From Octopus bimaculoides (lineage: Eukaryota), in NCBI RefSeq assembly GCF_001194135.2, contig NC_068981.1:96431160-96495159 (forward strand): DNA of 64,000 nt, given 5' to 3'. The translations under genes were made by a program, and so were the position numbers. This document shows, piece after piece, positions 39,401-51,400 of this stretch; position 1 is the first letter of the stretch; each line of letters starts with the position of its first letter. Under the pieces are notes generated by a model, which saw only the letters and a list, made by a program, of their open reading frames with translations, did no database searches and was not told the DNA's origin.

Positions 39401-42400
39401 CAATATATTTTTCTAATATGAAATAAAAGATATTTCCTTCTCAAAGGAAGTTATAACTAAATGCAAATGGAAAAATATAAATAAATGAAAAAGTCTGGCA
39501 GATGATACATTATAGTAGCCTTTCTCTCAAGAATGGATTCAATTTCACCAAGTCCAATTAAGTGCAGAAGAACAAGTGTCAAGCTCAGATCAAGTTCATC
39601 TTGCTCACCTCACCTCTGGCCATAACCATACAGAAATAGACTGAGTAGTAGATAGAATGTAACATACCCAAACTGTTGCTCTGCACTCAATGTGATTCCT
39701 CACCAAATGTCAAAGTGCACAGTATGGTCCTCAGCTCAGCACAGGCATGGTACATCTGGGACAGCTAATCTATGGGTCATGCCCATTTGCTTTGCATATG
39801 CATATGTGAGGTATACTACATTGGTAGATTAAATTCCTTATTGTCTTGGAGCCTGGTGCAGCCTTCTGGCTTGCCAGTCCTCAGTCAAATCATCTAACCC
39901 ATGCTAGCATGGAAAGCAGACGTTAAACGATGATGATGATGAAAGAGAGTGGCAAAAGCGATATGATTTTCACATTCCCCTCACCCCCACAAAAAAATAC
40001 AGTGACTGGACATGAATGTTCATATATACATTCACATGCTGACACACACACCTACATAAACACACAGTCCATTCACAAAGAGACTAACCAGAAAATAAGT
40101 AAATGTTTAATCACTCATCTTTCACAGAATACACCCTGTATACATACATGGACACACACACACATTCTCTCTCACACATTTACTCACAAAATCTACACTA
40201 TAACACACAGGTGCAAACACGTGTATGCACACATACAATAGCTCTACATGAATTTTAAAGTTATACTCTATATCTTAACAGCTACAGTCAAAATTTAGAT
40301 GAATAAATTAAAATCAACGTCAACAAAACCCACCTCAAAGTCCTTCACAGCAGCTTGTTTTTCTTTAATCCATTCTTTCTCAACAACTTCTTGCTACAAA
40401 ATACAATATTCATGACAGTGAAATGCTGTAGACAGCAACACTTTAAGCCAAAAATACAAAATATAGTTTCTCAAATATAAAAGCCAACCAAAAAGTTAAG
40501 TAAAACCAGATAAAACAACCAAATCTTTTTAAAGGGTTTCTAGCACTAGTCACAATGTGGTTGGAAGTGAAGATAAAATCAAGATTAGAAAGCTAATCAA
40601 GATTCAGCTAGATCCAACTAAAAATTTGAAGGTGAGACAATGGCTGAATAGCTGTTGTTTAATCAAAGCTCACCCCTAATTGAATAGACAAATGACTAAA
40701 GACATTCCAGCCATGACTGTCACATTTTTTTTTCAAGTAGTTTAACTGACTACATTACTCAGAATGCCTATTTTAAACAAGTAAAAGTGTGATATGAATA
40801 CGATTTAATTTATTTCTAGTATGCTCAACAATCATAAGAGGCTTGAAGGTAAATTGACAACACATTTAGTGGCTTACAGTTCAAACTATCCAAAGCCCTT
40901 ACAAATCAATAAGCTATGTACTTATACTGAAACTGGGACAATAATTTATTAGGCTACAATGCTGGAATGTTGAGTATCAGACCAGAAATTCAAACATTGC
41001 TTTACAAGCTACTGTAAATAGGAGCTTGAATTATCCAATTGTGAAGACAATTACACCAACAAGCTATTTTCATAAACTCAAATTTGCAAAAACTTTGCCA
41101 TTCACACAAGCATAGAAAACAGTAGGTATTATTTGTGGTTAGTCTTTTAACTATTTATATATTTAACTAAAACTAACTAAAACAAGTCAAAACTTAATAC
41201 CACATTAGTATGTTTGGTTACTTCTATGAGATAGACTTTTGTAAATAGGGTTAACTAAAGCTACTTAATGATATTAACTAAAAGAAAGAGAGAAGTCAGT
41301 CAGTACAGGTATTCTTCATGTTCATTCATATAAAGTTATACAGAATGCAATGACAGAAACAAGAGTTTCATTCAGACTTAAGTAATGGTAAGATCTTAGT
41401 AAGCCAAGTTCAAAACCTGGGTGAGATATTTTACTTCACTTACTATTTGAAACTGTAATTTCTAGCCACGGTTAACAGTCTAAAGAGGGTTGCAGTTTCC
41501 CAAGTTTGATTTTCTCTCCAAACAAAATGATAAAAAAAATATCTTCAGTGGTGACCCAACAACCCACTATGTGTTAAATCTCAAAAATAGATAAGTCTTT
41601 ATATGTGTAATACATTTCTATTACCTCGTAGCCTCTCCAAATCTCATTACTGAGCAGCCGGTCACGGTACTGTTGCTCAATCCGACAGTTTTTCTTCATA
41701 TATTCAGGAAGAACTCCTTCCTGTAATTGCTGTAGTTGCTTCTTTATTTGTAATAGTTTATCCTGGTACATCCTGAAACAAGGAGAAATCTCAGTAATTA
41801 TATGGTTATTAAAACCACTGCAGATAAATTGAACCTATAATTTCAAACCCTGCTTCAGCCATCTAAAACAAAAGCAATTTACTATACTTCTAAATAGTTT
41901 AAAGAATAGATGCCAGTTTGACAGATATAACAAAGAATATTAAAAGACAGTACATCGCAATCTAAAGATTCATTCAACTTACATCAGAACACACAAAAGA
42001 AAAAAAACACTTAAGTTTATTTTCCTTTAAAAAATTTATACCCACTATTATTTCATGCTAATAGTTCTGAAAATCTACACTAAGATACTCTTTCTTGTTA
42101 GAAGAATGCAGCATGGCCCAATCATTAAAATGTTCACTTTGCAAGTATGCGGTCCTGGCCTTGATCCTACTGCATATTATCTTGGGTACATGTCTTTTAC
42201 ACCATAGCCTGAAGTTGACTCAAGCCTTATCAGTGAAACTGGATAGATAATTGAATGAAAGCCCATCAAATGGATTGTACCCGTAATTTAATGGTGTAAC
42301 TTTGTCACACTAATTCTAACAGAGAATTATGTTAAAGCCACACATATCTGTGGAATGTTCAGCAACTTACATGCTAATTAAATGAAAATACAGATGAGTT

Positions 42401-45400
42401 GATTGAACAAGTGAATACTCATCATCCGAACTGATAGTGGTTCATTACTCTTCCCAGTACAAACTACATTAAGTGATAGATAGATTTGTCCAGGTTAAAC
42501 AGTTTATCACCAATCTCTAAACTAAGAGGTAACAGATGTACGTGTCTATTTATGAATGTTCTTTCAAGCATAGATCAAGAAATGAGAGCAATGTCTATAG
42601 CTGAACAGACTTTCCTGTCATCAACATCTATGGAATGACAGTGGTGTCTAAACATAATTAAATAAACAGAAGAAAGATGTGTAATATGATTTGAGATAAT
42701 AAAGAACCAAAGATAAAGCAAAACTCAATACTAACAAACAGTTCAGTTATTGGTCATTAATTTGAAAGAGGGTATCCAAGTGAACAGCATACTAAATAAA
42801 ATATCCAGACAAGCACATTGTATTTCCACAAAACCAAATACTGCATGACAGTGAGTACAGTCTCAACACTCTCAAATATTCATTTAGCTGGCATCAAGTT
42901 TCAATTTGTATCAACTGGACTGACTACTCCATAACACCAACATATCCCAACACTATACAACTACAACAATAGCATGTCAACTTACTGTTCCTTGATTTCC
43001 GTGTACTCCTCTTCTCGCTTGACCATGTCAGTTTCACTGGCATCTTCTGTGTCTATAAATAAAGTAATAAATGGTTTACAAACAATTATACTTGACACAG
43101 TAAATCTGACATAAAAGTATTGTATTTTGCACAACAATAAAATATGCCATTGGCATCTTGAAGTTAATTTTATGAGAAAATATGCATCAAGCCCAACATT
43201 GTGCACTCAGTACAAGCAACGAGTACAAAAATAATAAAGGCGAAAAATCTCTGTGAGAAAAACCAGAAATTTAAATATTGTAGATATACAAGCTGCAAGA
43301 ACATTCATCAAATGAAATTTCATGAACTGCTCAAATGACTCAACAAGGAGTCACATGGTCTCAAAAGAACCATGTGATCCTCTAGTAAACCATACCACAT
43401 TTTTAGGGTCACGTGAAGATAATATACATTCAGAGGCAAGGTGACATGATGCCAAGCATTAAAAATATACTATCAAACTACTAAAATCAAAATACAAGAT
43501 GACCACAAAGAAACTAGCATTTAACAATATCAGAAAAATAAAAGAATGCACTACTGGATGCAGTAAAGTTAGTCCCCAACCACTGTCCATCCAACTTATA
43601 TGTATGATTTTAATGTTTTATTTCCATTTCACCATTGAAGAAGGTAAGTAAGCAATCACTGTGTGTAAAGATTTTTGTGTAGTACCCAGAATCAAGATAT
43701 AGACAGCTGCAATTTCTGACCCTGGTTCCCAACGATATTGAACTGATTGTCTTTCTTCGTATGTTGGATATTTGAGCATTTGTACAGTGATAAGAAAGTT
43801 CAGTTCAGTAATTTGCTAGAGAACAGCATTCCAAATTGAGTGGTGCATCCATCTGGAGGAAATACAACTGATGTTTACATAACAAGAAATCCTCATTGAA
43901 TTACAAAATGATAAAACAATTCAAACAATAATGGAAATGTACTGAAAATGCAAAGAAGTTACCATGCCACGGAAAAGTGAATATAATATTGTTTTCCCCC
44001 ACTTCTTGTTGATTATGGTTTCATCCAGATGACTTACTTGCTATTAAAAGCTTGCAATTGCCTTGATATTGTAAGAAGTGATCTTTATCACTAACATTCA
44101 CTTTTGCATATATACAAACATATGCATATCTGTATAAATGAAGGGAACATGTGCATGAAAATTGCACATATGCACCAGACACAGTTTTACACTCATATAC
44201 ATACATATACACACACATATAAATATATATATACATACACACACACAATTATAAAGGAAAAAGGGAAAAAATGAAAATATATATATAAAAAAATTAAACA
44301 TTAATGGAAGTTAAAACATATGGAAAAGCTTGTGCAGGAACATAGTAGAAATGTGGATTCTAGCCATGATCTTTGGGGGCCCAAAACCATAACAGGTATT
44401 TTGTGACATGTGGACATGATCCAAAAAGTTCAGTTCTTGAATTTAAACATACAGCGAGGTCAAAATATCTATATTTTATTTTTAAAATATCCAAATTGTA
44501 ATGATAATAGAATTTAGAACTGAAAATCTGTCAATCTTGAAGCACTTCAGGGTAAACAATATTCATTGTATAATTTTTTGGTGTCAAAATGAATAAATTG
44601 TCACTACTACCAACTCGCAAGCAAGCTACATAGAGTTAACCATGGGAGAAGCATGTAGTACAGAGATCAAGTCCAACTTTGTTGAGGGACTGACCATGAG
44701 ATTTGTTAATTGAAATACCAAAACTTAGTTTAACTGGAAACTGAAGCATCTTAAATTCAAATAGAACATCTGTAGGTGTGAGAGGAATTTTTGGAATGAA
44801 GACATTTTCTCCTTTGTGACTACCTGTTATGATTGTTGCCTGTAGGACAATTAAGTGAGTTCCATTACACAGGTGAGATGGGTCAAAATTCCTAAGCAGC
44901 ATTATGGGAACACCCAGTTTTGGTGTCAAGTTATGCAGTGGTATCCCAGTCAGCTTAAGTGTGTCCAGAAATTCAACATGGTATTGAACAACTTGATCTT
45001 AATTGACTGTTGTCAACTGATCGAAAAGTTATTTCTAATGTATCTGTTAACTTTTGAAGTCCATGATTGAGTTTATCAACCATTTCATTAGTCGGAGCTA
45101 GTATAGTCTTTGAGATAGCCAGTTTACATCAGTGAAATTGACAGATAAATTAGGAAATACTTTATCCATAAGATCCCTAAGAGAAAGTATCATTTGACTG
45201 CATGTAATTTCATGTAGCTGAAGTCTTAAGTTAAATGTTGATATCCCATTACCAATCTTAAGAAGCTCGTATGATCACCTTGCGGAAGTACTCTGATGTT
45301 CCTTGTAAGATGAAGTTTTTTTACATGTCTCCAAAAGTACAATTTTTTTGAAGCATGCATTGACCTCATCAGCTTTCAATCCTTTGGGGACAACTGGCAA

Positions 45401-48400
45401 CATTTGATGAAAATCTCCTGCAAGAAGAACTGTTACTCCTCTCATGAGCATGCTACTGTTTTATATGTCTTGGAGGGTACAGTCAAGTACCTCTGGAGCT
45501 CCACAATGTGACAGTGCACTCATTCCAAACAATGAGGCAAATTTGTAGGAGAACTGTTGCCATTGCAGAGTTTTTGGAAATGTTGCACAATTGAGATTCT
45601 TTCATTGCAAGGTTTAGAGGGAGCTTGAACATGGAATGAGCAGTTCTTCCCCCATTGAGTGGGGTAGATGCAACACTGGAAGGTTAGATTTTTATTTCCT
45701 CCCATTTAGGATTGCAGGTGAAAGTGACAAAAAGATCTGGTTTTCCATATGTCCTGACATATGTCATAGCCTCTTGTGGTCATTCATGCATATATCATGG
45801 ACCACCTGTGAATGATGATGAGAGGATTATAAGTTGCCTCATGTTTTGAGTATCACCATCTGTCCTCAGAGCATCTTGGAGAAGAACATAATTTTTAGCC
45901 CTTAACTTTTTCTGATTGTTACAAATGTAGAGGAGACGCTCACTCTCAACTTCAGCATACATATCAACCAGCTATTACTGAAATAGATCACATGTGTAAT
46001 TGATTTGATTGTTCTGGTCTTACATCAGTTGGTAAGAATAGAAGTCATTTGACAACACTTTTTCTTTGTAATTGGCTCTCCTATTGCAGGTTCAATCTGT
46101 GGAATATTGAAATGATACCCATCTTGCCCATTCCACAAAATAAGAGGATACTGGAGAGCATCATAAGAGGGATGAATTTCTGAAATATGTTTAAGGTACC
46201 CACAGACATACATTCACGCACACCTCAGGCCTATCTCTGTCCCTCTGTGTGTCTGTCTCTGTCTTTAGAGGCATGCATGTGTGTGTGTGTGTGTGTGTGC
46301 ATGCCAGTTGTCATAAAAATGTATGTATACTGACAGACACACACACACACACATACTTTTCAGTCATTGGCCTAACGTAGGTAACAAACACGCAAACACA
46401 CACAGACAGACACACTCATATAGAAAATGTGTCATCGTCATGGTATAAAATGTTGTTTATAATTGGTGACTTATACAAAGATTATAATGTTAAATTTTTG
46501 TAATGCAAATATGTAAATGAAAATAAAAGTTTATTTACTAGCCAAAAGATTACTGAATTTTTTGATACCTCATACATCAAAATCGGCAACTCAGCTTTTT
46601 AATCCATAAGGAACATACACACACAAACTCTCTTTTATATATTAAGAGATTGGTTTCAAATTTTGGCACAAGGGCAACAATTTTGGGGGATGAGGTAAGT
46701 CAATTACATTAATCCCAGTGACCAACTGAGACTTAATTTTATTGACCCTGAAAGGCTAACCTGACCCTGGCAGTACTTGAACTCAAAATGTAAAGTCAGA
46801 AGAAATGCTGCTGAGCATTTTGTCCAGTGTGGAAATGGTTCTGCCAGATTAATATCCCAAGGACAGTAATTCCATCTTGCCTCACTTTAGAACAAGTGAA
46901 TATTTTGCGAGCATTGAGTTTTATTTATAAAAAATATAGCTGATGGTAGTTGTAACAGAGACGAAAATTAGCGACTGGTTAGAAGTAAGGGTTTGTAAAG
47001 ACACTGGGGTGAGGGGTTGTGGATCTACTAGGAGTGATGGGTGATAAGAGTGCTAAGGATTGTGGGAATAGTGAGTTCATAACTAGCTAAGATTTGTGGT
47101 GTATGTGTATATCATAGAAGCTGGGAGTATGGAAGAATTTTTCTTGGATAGGAATTTTAATCAACAACTAGGTTATTATGCTACCTGTAAAAATATTTGT
47201 CAATCATGCACATACCTTCATAAATAGTTCAAAGTGAAAAATTTCTTTTTTTTAATCTGTGTTGCATTGCCTGTATGTTGAAAGACACAGAAACACACAC
47301 AACCCCCAAAAAAATAATAATAACTATATTACAAATAAAAATATCTTTTTTTGGAAATCTGCATTATATTCTTGTTGACAGACTTGCACTTAAAAATTCT
47401 GTATAAAGATGTACATATAAACAAATATTCTGTTCACATGCCTACACATATATACTTAAAAGATGTGTACATTTGGGTGACATCAACACATGTGCATATA
47501 CATATGTACCCACATATGCACACATACAGATATGTATGCTTACATATACAAATTCACAAACAAAAAACAGAAATACTTATGTGACACCATAGTTTTAACA
47601 TACATTTTTCATGCTTGCACAGACACCCACAAGTATATGTATATACACAGATACAGACACGAATATACACAGACACACACAACTTTGGTCTTTGTTGAGT
47701 TAATTTTAAGACCAGTCAACTCTATGTTTTGCTTCTACACATAGAATTTCTTGTTTTAAGATTCTGTTATAAGAACAAAGTCATCAACATAACATAGTTC
47801 CCGTGGGGAAATAGTCTTAAATTCTTGTTACAATCTGGAAACCTATGATGAATAGGAGGAAATTAAAAACAACCTCAAATCATCATAATCATCATTTTAA
47901 AGTCCACTTTCCCAAGCTTGCATAGGTCAAAGGAGTTTGCTGACAGATTTTCTATGGTCAGATGCTCTTCCCATCACAAATCCTCACTGGTTTCTAAGCA
48001 AGATATTATTTTGCCATGGCCAGACATCTTTTTGCAAAAGATTGAAAATTAACGACATTGCTTGTATGACAGACCTACAGGTATCAAACATATCAATACA
48101 AGGGTCCCACCCCACACACACACACAAATGGGCTTCTTCCAGTTTTCATCTACCAAATCTACTCGTGAGGCTCTGATTTAAGAATATGTATGTATGGCTG
48201 TTTTTCTGAGCCCAAATGAAAGACAATACACAACCTTTTTGTTTGTGTATGCGTTGAACTGTATTACATGTATTTCTCCTCAATTTTCCACCCCACTTGT
48301 TGTCCTTCATGTTGTAAGATTTTCCTTTGTAATGTCAGTGATATTTACAGTAACTTGCACATTCATTTTTGTGACACCAACACCAGTACTTTTAATGAGG

Positions 48401-51400
48401 CACCAACATCGGTATCAATTCTGCTGTGACAGACAGGTCTTCTTGAGTACAGCAGTGCACTAGATCTCTTGATCCTTAGTCATCTCCTTCAAAAAGCTCA
48501 GTGTCTTAAAATCAGCCTTCAATACTTCATCCCATGTCTCCCTCTTCCACAAGTTCCATCCACTTAGACAGACAGACATACATAGAGATACAAAGAGAGA
48601 GCAAAGTGTGTAGCAAATTTTGTGTACAGTTAGATGTTCACCAGGGCTCAGTTCTCAGTTCCCTCTAATTCATCATAGTCCCTCCAAGTCATAACAGAAG
48701 AATTTAAGACCAGTTGCCCTAGGGAACTATTACATACTGATGACCTTGTTCTATTAGCAAAATCTGTAACAGAATTAGAAAAGAAATTCCAGGCATGAGA
48801 GCAAAACCTGCAATCAACCATAAAGTTGGCTTAGCAAAGACCAAACTTCTAGTAAGCAAAAAAAAAACAGACAGGATTCTAATCCTTTCAGAAAAATGGC
48901 CTGCTCAATATGAAGGAAAGATGTAGGTAGAAATTCCAATACAGTGTACCCAGTGCCAGCTATGGACACACAATCTGCAATGGAATCACAGGAAGGCTAA
49001 TGGAGAAAGACTCTGTGCGTAGCTGATGCACAGGAAAAATAAACACTAAGAACACACAAGAAATGAATTTTCTTGAATACCCAAGAGAGGTAAGACAGTT
49101 TTCTGTTACCAAGGTGACATAATTAGTAGTGGAGGAGGATATTCTGAAAGTTCAGTTGCTAGAATAAGAACAAGATGGAGAAAATTCATTGAGCTATTAT
49201 CTCTGTTGGTAATAAAAGGCCCCTCTGAGAGTGAAAGACAAATGCTCCCAATTTCCACCCTTACATGGCACTGACCTGCATTTCTGTCACAGTAGGTCTC
49301 TCTCTCTCTCTCCTTCTCATCCTATCTACTCTTCCAACCCACACAACATCTCCCTGTTTTTCCCCTATCTACAATTTTATTATACTGCTGCTCTCTACCA
49401 TTTGTATTCTGTCAATAACCACCACCTCCCTCCCCCCACTGAATTACTGGTCCATCAACCACAATTTCACTTTTGCTCACCATTATTTATATGCATCTCT
49501 ATAAAATGATTGGCATTAGGAAGAGCACCCAGCCTTACAAACCATGTCAAAATAAACAGTGGAGCTGTTTCCAGTTCGTTGGATCCTGTCAAACTGTCCA
49601 ACCCATGCCAACATGGAAGACAGATGATTTATAGGACAGCTGTCTTCGAAGACTCATATTGTTGTTGATTGCTCGAAATGGGGAGTAGATAGACAGCCGA
49701 CAACTGATGAAGGGTCATTCTTTGTATTACTTGTCCCTTTTTTCACTCGTTATTTGCGTATTTAACTTACTTGTTTTCATATTTCATGTTGTTTACTGTT
49801 GGTGATGTCCTGTACCCATATATGCATATACACCATTTCGAGCATGGCCGTCGCCAGTACTGTCTGACTGGCCCTCGTGCCAGTGGCATGTAAAAGCACC
49901 CACTACACTCTTGGAGTGGTTGGTGTTAATAAGGGCATCCAACTATAGAAACTCTGCCAAATCAGATTGGAGCCTGGTGTCGCCTCCTGGTTCACCAGTC
50001 CTCAGTCAAATCGTCCAACCCATGCTAGCATGGAAAGCGGACGTTAAACGACGACGATGATGATATATATATATTATTCAATTGAATGCCACGCATCCAT
50101 TTCCAAGTAAGTTTATCTTAACCTTTTTAATGCAACTCTTCCCTATCCTCTCTAAGTTTCTAATTCTCCCCTATCCTCTCTAATTCCCTTTTTCTCCCTC
50201 CCACCGTTATCTATCTCTCTGCTCACACGTGACCATTGTCAATCTTTCTTTTCCTCACATAACCATCTTTCTTTCTTACACCTTCACACACACATTCATT
50301 TCATATACACGTACATACATCTTTCACTTTCTGCTCTCACTTGAAAGCAAATGTTGCCTTTTCACTTTCTCCTTTCTTCAAAGCATAAAGAAATAAAAAA
50401 ATTTCTACGGAAATTAACGAACAACTATATGATTGTGTTGACATTTCTTAACAATTTTGCTGCTTCTATCAAAAGAATACCGGGAATATGTATCATATAC
50501 GATGCCTGGATGCCAGGGAAATATGTCCTGTGTATCACATGTGTGTGACACAGGATGGGCAAAGTACTAGGCTTAAAAAATAGGTACTGGGGTCGATTCA
50601 TTTGACTAAAAATACTTCAAGGCGGTGCCCTAGCATGACTGCAGTCTAATGACTGAACAAGATAAAATATTTAAAGACGCCCAGTACTAAGGTTTGGTAA
50701 AGCAAGTTCATACAATCCATTTAATGTTTGTGCCCATAGTGTGGTCGCCTTTGTAAGCTGAATACAATTTATCCACCATCATCACCACCCTGTAGAAACA
50801 AGTTAACTCGATCTGGCAAACATGGTGTTTCAAAAATATATCGTCGACAGGCGCAGGCGTGACTGTGTGTTAGGAAGTTCACTCCCAAACCATATGGTTC
50901 TGGGTTTGAGTCCAGCTGCGTGGCACATTAGGCACATTGTACAATAGCTAAGCGCCAACGAAAGCCTTGTGGGTGGGTTTGGTTGATGGAAACTGAAAAA
51001 AGCCCTGGCTGGTGTGTATGTGTGTTTGTCCTTTACTATCGCTTGATAACTGATGTTGGTTTGTTTATGTCCCCCAAAACTTAGCTGTTCGTCAAAAATG
51101 ACCAACAGAATAAGTACCAGGATTTTAAAAATAAGTACTGGGGTCAATTCATTCAAGATGGTGCTCCAACATGACCGCATTCTAAGACTGATTTCTGCTC
51201 CCCACCCCGACTTTGGATGATCATAACTTTCAGAAAAATGGATATTTTTAAATGACATTTTCTACGAATGTGTATGTATATCATGTAGATTCCGAACATA
51301 CAAAATTGGGGGGGGGTAGGAGGGGGGTGAGGAATTTCGGAAAATTCACCAGAGTCCACTTCAATTCGTCTTAAATTTCAAGAAAATGCATATTTTTTAA

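Noticed and set aside
49670-49720. Hammerhead ribozyme (GAAA at 49675, CTGATGA at 49704; Penelope-like repeat)
   Set aside because: I could not form stems II and III around the core motifs; an Infernal search would settle it.
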